From positions 32,005-96,004 of the forward strand of contig MU271297.1 in the NCBI GenBank assembly GCA_021432655.1: a stretch of 64,000 bases of DNA, read 5' to 3'. Under the pieces are notes generated by a model that searched no databases, was not told the origin of the DNA, and saw nothing but the letters and a program-made list of their open reading frames with translations. Position 1 is the first letter of the stretch; each line of letters starts with the position of its first letter. The position numbers were made by a program, and so were the translations under genes. The DNA is from Atractiella rhizophila (taxonomy: Eukaryota). Positions 1-10,959 of this stretch are shown piece after piece.

Positions 1-655
1 CTACCTTCTTTGCACCGTCAAAAAGTCGGCGGCGCTTTCACATTCCCTTCAACCCGAAGCTCACACGCTGTCAATCAACATCGACCTCTGCCTCTACGTC
101 ACAAGAGCAATCTGAAGTGAAATATGGAATGAACTTCCCAGAGAGTCGTGGATATTGGACGACAGTCGAACCATCTCGAAAATGCGGGCCTGTGTTGGCT
201 CAGAGGCAAAACTTCGCTGGATGGTTCAAGGACAACCTATGGTTTGTTGAGGACGGGTTCTCATCGATTGCTAAGCGGTTTATTATTATGTACATCTCCC
301 TTTCTCTAGAGAGTTCTGATCTGACACATTCTTGATGTCGATGTACAGTCCAAAAGCAGGCATGGCACACTCATACCAATGGAAGGTGGATCCAGAGGTC
401 GTGGTCGAGTGGCATTCGTTCAAGGACCTCTCTGTTGTTTTTGGGCACACCCAGAAAATGTTCCGCGCCCACAAATCGCCCATACATCTCAACATAAAGC
501 CCACTTTGTGGCCGCTTGATGATCCCTACACCACTACTTTCCGTATACGAAACCTCTCCTTGAAAGAAACGGAACAAAGCGTCCTCAAACAATTTCCATA
601 CCTCTCCCGTCCTGAAAGGCTTTTTTTACGAGATTGGAAGGATAAAAATGGACAA
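1..655 (+). repeat. Direct segmental duplication, unit 1 (partner 1438-2092)
   Basis: Base-by-base match at offset 1437; identity ends abruptly after GGACAAA. Confidence 0.95.
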
Positions 656-806
656 ACTTTCGTTCAGTATCAATGGCAGCTCCAGCTCTTCGAGCCGCAT
701 TGAGAGAAGATTCATTACGCTCGACTTTGGCTCGCGTCCCTCGGTTCCCGATAACGGTTTTGGAATCCCTGCAGGTCCACGTCAGCTTGTCGTCCACGCA
801 AATTGA
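1..806 (+). CDS. Hypothetical protein, tandem copy 1 (5' end outside window)
   Basis: Near-identical to 1438-2092, with the same GT-AG intron at ~290-348 (FII|PKAGMAHSYQWKVDP). Ends at 703 if unspliced, or at 806 if a 667-709 intron is used. Confidence 0.55.
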
Positions 807-1397
807 GAAACGAAGCGTACCAGTCTGTGTTGGACATGTTTTGTTTACGAAAATGAGAAGCAAAAGTGAGGTGGCGATAGCTGAATTGTAAGTTGGTGGT
901 TTTGAGTTGACATGAGTCGTGTCCCATGGGGTTTTGTTCTCCCCAATTAGGAAATTCTGGAACTGAGTCACGTTGCGGCTACGGGCACTGCGACCGCAAA
1001 ACCCGGGAGGCAAGAATTACGGCCATCCCGAAGGCAAGGAAGGGTCATAACCTAACATTACGATTCGTCTGAATATTTCGAGCAGTACTTGTGTAGAGTG
1101 AGTTTCCAATATTCTCACTATGCTTGACCCTCCGTGTAAACTATCCGCGCTTCTAACGAAATTGTCGTGCAACAGGTCAAACAACCACAACTCAACAGAG
1201 CTGACGAGCCCAGACCAAAGACGAATTCGCAATTTTGAGCTGAAACTTTGAGGCTGGCTGTATCGAGTTAACCAAGTTAGACTCCACCTCGTTGGTTCTC
1301 TTAGACTTGTGGCAACGATTCGGTTCCTCCATTTTATCTCGTGAGTTCGTTCCAATTTCTGTTGCTTGGAATTATCGAGCCTGAATCAAAGCTAGAA

Positions 1398-2461
1398 ATG
1401 CGACATTCTCCCTCAAATTTCTCTCTCCAGGTATCTCCTACCTTCTTTGCACCGTCAAAAAGTCGGCGGCGCTTTCACATTCCCTTCAACCCGAAGCTCA
1501 CACGCTGTCAATCAACATCGACCTCTGCCTCTACGTTACAAGAGCAATCTGAAGTGAAATATGGAATGAACTTTCCAGAGAGTCGTGGATATTGGACGAC
1601 CGTCGAACCATCCCGAAAATGTGGGCCCGTGTTGGCTCAGAAGCAAAACTTCGCTGGATGGTTCAAGGACAACCTATGGTTTGTTGAGGACGGGTTCTCG
1701 TCGATTGCTAAGCGTTTCATTATTATGTACATCTCCCTCTCTCTCTCGAGTTCTGATCTGACACATTCTTGGTGTCGATGTACAGTCCAAAAGCAGGCAT
1801 GGCGCACTCATACCAATGGAAGGTGGATCCAGAGGTCGTGGTCGAGTGGCATTCGTTCAAGGACCTCTCTGTTGTTTTTGGACACACCCAAAAAATGTTC
1901 CGCGCCCATAAATCCCCCATACATCTCAACATAAAGCCGACTTTGTGGCCGCTTGACGATCCCTACACCACTACTTTCCGTATACGAAACCTCTCCTTGA
2001 AAGAAACGGAACAGAGCGTCCTCAAACAATTTCCATACCTCTCCCGTCCTGAAAGACTTTTTTTACGAGATTGGAAGGATAAAAACGGACAAATCAGAGA
2101 CAGGTACGATATTCAATAACATTTTGTGGTTTATCTCAACGAACGAGAGCAAATCAGATACGCGATATGGGACTGTCCGTCAAATTCGGAGCTACGGGAA
2201 GCGATGAGACGAGGACCAGTTGGAGAAGTTGAAAAGGGGAGATGGGTGATGAGACACAGCGCGAATGGGTCCATCTTGCTTGCAGATTTGATGAGAGGCG
2301 CAGGATTTCATCATTTAGCGAGTCAACATGTGAATGACTGGATGCGTTCGGAGAAGGCGAACACGGAAGCTCAACTCGGAAAGCTGTTCACTCGAGCGAC
2401 AAGGGTCATTCAGCAGGAGAATGCAAAGGTCCGTGTTAACCCCGAGTTCGATGCTGTCTGA
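1398..2461 (+). CDS. Hypothetical protein, tandem copy 2 (3 exons)
   Basis: ORFs 1341-1934, 1769-2119 and 2126-2461 join in frame via introns ~1727-1785 and 2104-2157. Synonymous bias versus copy 1 supports coding function. Confidence 0.7.
1438..2092 (+). repeat. Direct segmental duplication, unit 2
   Basis: Matches 1-655 with scattered, mostly third-codon-position substitutions. Confidence 0.95.
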
Positions 2462-3048
2462 TACAGCTCGCCAACAGCAATCCCACTACGAGAATTCCCA
2501 TCCTCCCTCCCCTTCTCTATCCCCATGATTGCTGATTTAGTTGAAAAATCAAGTAGTCGCTCCTGTTGATTAACCTTCATTTCTGACTCGCTGGTTCAGC
2601 ACTAATGTTCCTGCAAGTTCCAACAACTTTATTGCAATAGGCTGTCACAACATTCATTTTCCGATTTCTTCACTTGGCATTGGTGTCATCTGATCATGCG
2701 TCTCCTTCCATGACTTCTCTGTGACGCAGAATTCACGAAGATGTTCGGTCAGGATTGTGGTGTCGGAGATAGCTTTGCATCTCTTTCCTGCTCGACTACC
2801 CGACCCTTGCCATTCTGTCTCTGTCACGGCAGGAATGGACTCAGATTCTCCTTCCTGGCCGGCCAGATTGGTGCTTTTTGAACCCATCGTGGGACTTGGA
2901 AGGTACACAGGATGAGGCTCCGCTGTGTTTCAGCAATTCTATCTCCCCATTTATAAGGTGACTTTCAGCTCACCAGCTCCACCCCCTCAACCCAACAAAC
3001 CCACATTATAACACGTTCAAATTTTAGCCAACTGCCACCTCTTCTAAA

Positions 3049-4004
3049 ATGTCTACTCCAATCATTTTCTTTGGCGCTTCTCGCGGATGTTCGTTCTTCG
3101 CAGTCTTGCACACTCTGCATCACACCTCTCGAACTTGCATTCTTCTCCTTCGCAAGCCAGAAGTCTTTCAAGAAACTGAAGAATTCAAAGCTTTGGACGA
3201 GAAGCAGAAGAAGCGTTGTGTGATTGTTTCTGGCGATGCTTTCAAGAAGGAAGACGTGAGGAAGGTTTTCGAGACCGCTGGGGATAACTGCAATACGGTG
3301 GTCTTCAGCATTGGTACGCCATACATTTCACAAGCGCAGACACTAACTGACATAAATATGCAGGGATGGCACCAAAGGATGGCGCCTTTGGGATGCCAAA
3401 GCTTCAGTTTTCCTCCGGAGTTGAGATGGTATTCCCCATGACCGACGTATGCGAGAGATCTATGGGCACTACCCTCGACGTCGCTGGCGATATCCACAAG
3501 GCGACAGGGAAGAAATACACATTCATCGTCGTCTCTTCAATGGGCTTAGGACCGGAGGGTCACAAGAAACTCGCATTGACACTGAGGCCGATTTGGGGCA
3601 TGTTGTCCGTACCTCACAAGGATAAAGAGGTTCGTTTATATCCTCCCCTCTGTTCCTCTGTTGCGTCGTCGGCTTATAACGGCCAAAAGGTGACGGAAGT
3701 GCTCCTCTGCCATGCTGCTGGGATCCCCATGCCTCGAGATTTCCCTGAAGCTCGTCAACAGCTCTCTTCCAAGCTATCCACCATGCCTACGGGAATCATC
3801 GATCTGATGCTTATCTGGCCAGCGTTGCTCGTTGATGGTAAAGCGAAGCTTGAGAAGATCAAGGAATTGCCAGATGAGAAGGATGCTTATGCGATTACGA
3901 GAGCGGATGTTGGCGGATGGATTGGGAAGCTAGTTGAAAATGAGGACGAGGAGATAAAGAAAAGCCGTTGGTTCGGAAGAAATGTGGTTCTCTCTGCCAA
4001 ATGA
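3049..4004 (+). CDS. NAD(P)-binding Rossmann-fold protein (flavin/biliverdin reductase-like atypical SDR)
   Basis: N-terminal IIFFGASRG, VSGDA, VVFSIG, VVSSMG and ITRADVG motifs; introns ~3314-3363 and 3630-3689. Confidence 0.75.
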
Positions 4005-4430
4005 TAGTGCTTCTGGATAGTTCTTTTTTGTGAATAATGAGGGTGGCGATCGAGGTAGTGTTGCTTCAAGCTGTGAGAAATGATTAGTTTTCGTCAGAAA
4101 AATGACGCTCCAGTTTTAGAACTGCTATGCTGAGCTTCTTGGAATACAGAGAAAGTAAGAGGAGGCTGGAAGGAAGAGCAAAGTTTGCTGTGACTGCTAC
4201 CTTGAAGGAAATCAGAGATGATCGCTCACGTTCAGCTCATTGGCAGTCATGGTTGACACTTCTCGTTATCTAGTCAACAAGTTCGCCTCTAACACTTTCA
4301 ATACCTCCAGAGCTCTATTTAGACGCAGCTTGTAAAAGTGGTTCGGCAGAAGTCTGCAGCAATAAAGTTCAATGTGAAGCCCAATTTCAAAATCCAAAGA
4401 AGGACCAAATTGACGATTAAGTGCGGAAGA

Positions 4431-5073
4431 ATGGCTGTAAATTGGACCTCACCCTCACTGTGATGTACACATGATTCTGACAGGATTTTTAGATTGAATA
4501 CATGCTGCTAATTTCCCGTCAAGGCAAGGTCCGACTCTCGAAGTGGTTTACGACCTTGAGTCCTAAAGCGAAGACGAAGATTGTGAAAGATGTTACTCAG
4601 CTCGTACATGCTAGGAAATCGAAAATGTGCAATTTCTTGGAGTATAAAGGTGCATGTCTCGCTCCACTCAAAGGCATGGCAATCTGACCAGGGATTATAT
4701 TGAGACACCAAAATTGTCTACAGGCGATACGCCAGCTTGTTCTTTATTGCGGGTATCGCGTCCGGAGACAATGAGCTCATAACGCTCGAAATTATACATC
4801 GTTATGTCGAGATTTTAGACCGTTACTTTGGTAATGTGGCCGAACTTGATCTGTAAGCCCACATTTGCGCTTTTATCCATCCTAAAGGCCGTTCCGACTC
4901 TTTGCATTAGCATATTCAACTTTCAAAAGGCGTATTCCATTCTGGACGAAACAATTTCAGGCGGGGAACTGCAAGAGTCGTCGAAGAAAAGTGTTTTGAG
5001 AGCGCTTACTCAAGCTGATGCGATAGAGGAGCAGGAGGCCATAGAAGAGGGCTCTGTGAATCGCAGGGAATAG
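4431..5073 (+). CDS. APS1: AP-1 clathrin adaptor complex sigma subunit
   Basis: [21 protein letters not shown]...[21 protein letters not shown]...[35 protein letters not shown]; 3 introns. Confidence 0.95.
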
Positions 5074-6708
5074 TGCTCAGTACCTCACTAAGCTAGAATC
5101 CCTGGTGCTGAGCAGTATTATAAAAAGACCAGAAATCGTACTGGTCCTTAATATTTGCTCCATTGTTCACCACCGGATGCTTGCTGTACATTGTTTACAG
5201 TATACTGGTACAGGGTGTGAATGGCTGTTGGGGAGGACGAAATATGAACCTATATGTGACCTCGCCTATTCAAGGGCAATATAATGCTGTCATGAAGAAT
5301 GATCATAATCAGGACGATTTCTTGACTCCAGAGCAAATAAGCTTCGGACATTTATTATAGTCGGCTACTCTCCGCTAGAGTTTCAGTCAGCTTCAGTTAT
5401 CGAATCTTCATTCTCAGTCCCACTGCACGGTCTTACAATTGTCCGATCACCTCTGTCGCATTGGGTTGGGCCGTCGCTAGCTAACTACTATCATCTTTTG
5501 TCGTCAGAATGCTGGATGACATTGGGAAGGCCGAGAATGCCGAGCTGAGGTGTGTTTGCGGTTGAGAGATAGAGTGCGTGGAATGGCAGACTGGATCAAC
5601 ATGTGCTCAACATTAAGTCCCTCCCTCATGTTGTGTGAGGGCTCAAATTTCGATGCGTTTTATGCTCATCATCACATTGTATCTTACGTGATACAATGTC
5701 AATTGCAGGATCAAACAGGTATTATTTCCAGTCATTCCCTGCAGGTTGGCATACATACAGACAATGTTCTCCAAGTGGACAAGAGCGTGTATGGCATAAC
5801 GGAGGGTGTTTGATAGTCCATCTGTTGATGGGTTGCACATCGTTGGGAGCACCTCCTTCACCTGAGAAACAACTAAACTCCTGTGGACCCACGTACTTCC
5901 ATGAGGTTTCAGTGAGGCGGAGTAGTATGTGTTCGGCTCTAAGCATCGCCGTGCTCCTATCATTTCCTCTAGGGGGAACATGCGGAACAGGCTCTCTTTC
6001 CCCTTCTTCATTGACATGCGATGTGAGGCCGTCTGATGCCTTTTTGCAACTTCCTGGCGGATGACGAAGGATTTATTGTGACTTTTTCAAAGAGCAGGAT
6101 ATCTGCAGATCCCAAGTGCTGCTAACCTGAAGCTAAGCAGAAATTGATTTGTTGTCGTTGTTGTGATCAGCATCATCAGAAAGTGCAGACTATAGTCAAT
6201 AGACTTGTACATTTGGGGATTGGGACACGATCAAAATGAAAAAATTGATGATGTCGGGTTTGTGGGTAATTGTTGTTGCTTGCGATGCACGTGCACTATT
6301 CCCATAAGGGGCGATTGCAACAAGAATGCTGCTCTTGCAATCTGGAAAACCTCCCTTTCTTCTCTTCCCTCGTCTATTTGGAGAACGAGTTAAGCACCTC
6401 GCACGCACGTTGCGGCTTCACGTTCTGAATTCTGAAGTTGAAAGCGGCGCTCCTTTTACAGTTAAGACTCGAGATGCCGAGTCCGGCCGACTTTGAATTT
6501 TTTCTGGAGTGCCCAATGCGCGCATAACAACAACAAGCAAGCTGTGACTTGTTCCTAACGTCCTCCTTCTTCAAATTTTTGACTCGTAGCCGTTCTTGAC
6601 TCGAGCCGGTCTGAGCCGCCATCTCGATCGCGAAGCAGCATAAAAGCCTGCGAGGCCTGCGAGGAAGCTGAAAGCATAACAGCGAAGACAACGCGACGTG
6701 AATCAAAA

Positions 6709-7122
6709 ATGTCCGATCAACACTATGCAGAACCACCTCCTTCTTATGCCAGCTCTGTGTCACGAGTGGTAAATCCTCCAGGCACTGCTGCCTACATTCG
6801 ACCTTGCGACTCCGAAAATGACTCTGATTTCGACTGCGAGTTCAAGCTCGTTCCCACAACTTCAGCATCTTCCCTGTCGCCACAGACAAGCATTTCAGAT
6901 CGAGAAACAAACAAGAAGATAGGTTGGCTGCCACGGCTGTTTGTTATAAACCCTGGCAAACGTCGTCCAGGCATGTCGCGCCATCATTGTACAAACTACG
7001 ATCTTATTGATTCTCCAGAACGACGTGAACAAATACCACAGAAGCCATCACAAAAGAAACGCCATCCACAGATGCAATTCAATGCTCATCCTAGTGTCCG
7101 TCCTTGCTTCCCGTGTCTTTGA
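6709..7122 (+). CDS. Hypothetical protein with PPSY (PY-type) motif
   Basis: 137-aa ATG ORF starting MSDQHYAEPPPSY; possible 3' intron; no recognisable domain. Confidence 0.3.
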   Translation: MSDQHYAEPPPSYASSVSRVVNPPGTAAYIRPCDSENDSDFDCEFKLVPTTSASSLSPQTSISDRETNKKIGWLPRLFVINPGKRRPGMSRHHCTNYDLIDSPERREQIPQKPSQKKRHPQMQFNAHPSVRPCFPCL

Positions 7123-7763
7123 ATGAAACTGATGATTGACAATTTAGCACATGCACCTGCTATAACACTGGGTTCGGCGACTTGTTTTGGGTTTCTGGTT
7201 TAAACACTCATTAATTGTCTTCTTGCACATCCGTTCATTTATTTTTCTCAGCTACGTTTTAACAGCCTCCAAAAGTATTATAGATCACTCAAAAGTGTCA
7301 TAGATCATTAGACCATAGTGTATTTCAATGTCATCATACGGATACTCGTAGCGTCGCCTAGGAGAGATTTGATGTAGAATAGTATCAAGCTTTTATGGTG
7401 TGAAACTCCCGTGCGAACAACCCACTGAGCGTTTATCCACCCGTAGGTGGATGCATCCATACTTTCACTGACAGGACCAATCCAGCTTGGAGATGCCTTG
7501 TTAGGTCAACAAGGTGATGGCATCCCCTACACTTCCGCCTCTGGACCAATGGCTGCAATTCTGCTTCCTCAATCGTGGAAATACAGAATAAGGAGAGTGG
7601 AAACGAAGCGCGTGAATTTCAGATACTGGACTAGAGTAAGGGTCGGAAATGGTTAAGAGGATTCCTATCGTAAGTCAAATCAAAGTTACCACCACCTTCA
7701 TGTCTCAATCAAATGATGTTCACGCCATGTCTGTTAAACTTCAAACGTGGATCGTAATTCATC

Positions 7764-9464
7764 CTAAGCTGCCGTAGTCTTGGGTAATTTCCTTTGTAAA
7801 CCTATCCATGTCGCTTCTTCAGTCAGTGCCGACTCCAGAGCACGAGAACGTACAGAATCCTTGTCCAGAAATTCCAGTGGGAAGTTAGGCAAGCAGGAAC
7901 TCTCCGCCCCATTACCGTTCACAATCTGCTCCGCCCCTTCCAAAAGCAAGCTATCCACTTTTTCCCTCAATGCTTTTGTCTGTTCCTCAGTGTCTTGTGG
8001 ACCGAAGCCTATGTTGAGGAGAATTGTAAAGGTACGCTGTGAACGCGGCCATGCTGTCAATTCACCTGATCCGGTACCCTTCTTCAAGCATCAGGAGCAG
8101 GTCTCGATGATCAACGAGAGGAGAAAGGAGGGACTGACAGCATGCTCGTTTCCAAAAACGAAGGATGTCCCAGGGTTCTGAAACGCTGGTTCCTTGGTTA
8201 CTTTGGTATACCATTCCCACGCGCGGTGCATCATACTCTCATCCACCTTTGCAGCTAGGGGACTGTACGAAATGTTGTTCATCTTCCCATACATCTGAGC
8301 CATCCGATCTTGACGAGAAACATCATGAGGGCTATATAAGATACAAAAGAAAAACGGACTAACCAGCGCCGGCAATGATCTCACGAAAGCTTTGAGTTCT
8401 CGTCCCATCCATCACCAGCCCCGGGATATCCCAGATCCATCCCAATCCAGTCCCATCCTTCCCTTTCGCATGCTCCTCTCCTAATGGGTCGTAGACTTGC
8501 ACTCCGAAGGAAGGTCTTGCCGGGTCCATGCAGGCCGCCAGGAGGCAAAACGTCGTTCCTTGCTCTTTTGGATGAGATTTATTAGTCTCCAGCCATTGGG
8601 CCGCCTTCTGAGCAAAGGCAGGGAAGGAAGGAGCAGCGAAGAAGATGTTGCCTGCGTATATCTGGGAAGGATAAGGGTGTGCTTTGAGCAGGAACGATTT
8701 GACGACTTCAAAGTGAACCAACACTATGAGCATTGACGCAATGAAAGGCGTGGAAAAGACGCACCTCCAAAACTTCCGTGTCCTCCGCGAAGAGCCCATA
8801 GAAGTCTCCCGTCTTCTTCCTCGCTGGCCCATACTTCTCTTCCATCGTTTAACACGACACGCGCGTCTAAGAGATTGAGAGGGTCGGACCCCCAACCGTA
8901 CTGTGGTGAAAGCCAACTGGAACCCCCTGGTCATAGATGACATTCAACACTCGCAATTTGGTGGCACAAACGGGGAAAGACGAACCACTGAGTAAACTCC
9001 CACCAAGTCCAACTATAGGGACACGCGCGCCAACAACCATATAACCTGGAGCGAGTCTTTCCATCTTTTCATAAACCCTAGCATTTCTATGCATCAGTCC
9101 TCATACGCAGCGAGAGACTACAATTCACTCACGTCCTCCACACTTGTCCTGCTCCCAGAAGCACCGTCTTCTCCTTTTCATTCCATTCAAAACCACTGAA
9201 GGCTTCCAAACTGAGAATCACATCCTCGTTCTGTGACCCAACTAGACCACCCGAGCGTACACTGAATGAGAATGACGAGGAATATAGTAGTTTGACCGCT
9301 CCTTGGAGCTGCGAATCGTTTTGAGGAACAACCACGACTTTGGGTTGTAAGGTACTGTGGTGAATGGACCATTGTTTGGTGTATGGGGGAAAGGAGGAGG
9401 AGGTGGGCAAGACAATCGAACTTGCTCCTAATTGTTTTCTCAATTCTTCGATGAGAGTATCCAT
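7764..9464 (-). CDS. FAD-linked oxidoreductase (FAD_binding_4/VAO family), no signal peptide
   Basis: PKVVVVP..VRSGG, LGAGQVW, VVGARVPIVGLGGSLLSGG.SWLS..YG and LLWALRGG motifs over several introns. Confidence 0.85.
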
Positions 9465-10959
9465 CCTTGCAATGATGTTCAAGCTGAGGTGAGGTGTCTG
9501 GGATGCTTCCTCTTTCCCTCTTTATACTCTGACTCTTGTGGACGGTTCACAAAACAAAGCTGTCGGTGACACAGGATAACTCATGTACAACGCCATAGAG
9601 AAATGTCACCCGAGGTCGGCATGTTGAATCAGCTGGCATTCGGAAAGATGAAGTGGATTCATCTCTCGTACCGAGGTCGGGAACGCCAGAACATCTCGAT
9701 GTTCCATCAAACTGTCCGCGACTTTCAACTGTAAGGATCGTGTAATCACTGTTCCTCCTACCCAGCAATACGGTAGAACAGAGGACTCATTTCATAATGT
9801 CACCCGGGTACCACATTACCAAGCAAGATTCGAGATTTGAGATACGCACATACTGCACTGAAAAGTGTAAAGACAATGCTTTACGTGGGGGAAGAAGGCA
9901 ACCGTAGCTAGCAACGGATAGAAAACTGGTCTCAGTAACTCGACCTGACCTATCTCAGCTGGAGAAGCGCTGGAATGTAGATATAATACGATCTGTGGGT
10001 TGACTGTTTTTGTTTAGGAGAGGTCTGCTTCTTGGATGCTCTGCTCTGTCTTGGACTACTGGCCAATTACACCCTCCTATTTCCTATGGACATAAATTTT
10101 CCGTGGAAAGAGACCTGCATTGGTACTCTGAGCATTAGATACATGAAGACGACGGCGGCAAGACAACAACAGGCGGCTCGGATACCCCTCCCGATCATGG
10201 CAGAGCAGGCTTTGGATAAGTACCCATTGATCTACTGTCACAAGCATTGTCCCAATTCTGACAGACTGCTCTCGCCCCTTTAAGACAAGTTTTGGTGCAA
10301 TCTGCAGCTGTTTCCTTGAATTGCTCTAGTGGAAAACTTCGATGCTCACTCAGTAGCCACTCCTTTCTCAAATAAAAACCGACTCTACTCAATAATCTCC
10401 TTCCAAGCTCCTGTCTGTTCTCTCCTTCTCGCATCGTTCGCCTACCATCCAGACAGTAATCTAGTATCCAGCCATGATCCTCACTCCACATCCTCACTCG
10501 TCGCTCGTCGTTTTGTTCGCGTGACGTCACCGCATTTCTCAGAGCCCATCCTTCTCAAAGTCTGGCGAAGGACAGACGAGTTGAGTTGGACAACTGTTAG
10601 ATCCTTTACAGCAAGATTGAAACTGTCATCGTTTAGAGCAATACCAGGAGCAATACAGGGAATACGAGTCTCAATTACAAGCCTGTTTCGGTTCGACTCC
10701 TGCCAGATTGTCAACCTTTGTTACGATCCAGGACCCTGACCTCTTCCCTCCAAGTTGGTCAGCATTCCGAGTCCGAGTCCCTCCTCGCCTACTCCTCCCT
10801 ATCTCCTCATTTCAACCGCCGTGCAGCGTTACCCCGCTCTTTACCTCTCAAGAAGGTGACTTTCATCCGCCGCGATCTCCCGATTCTTCCATAAAACCAT
10901 CCATCGAACTCGCATCCAAGCAAATCGAAATCGAAGGATTCAAGGTTTGATACAGTACG

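Noticed and set aside
5163..6763. Several 60-130 aa ORFs on both strands
   Set aside because: No recognisable motif or consistent splice model; possibly a decayed gene or TE but unsupported.
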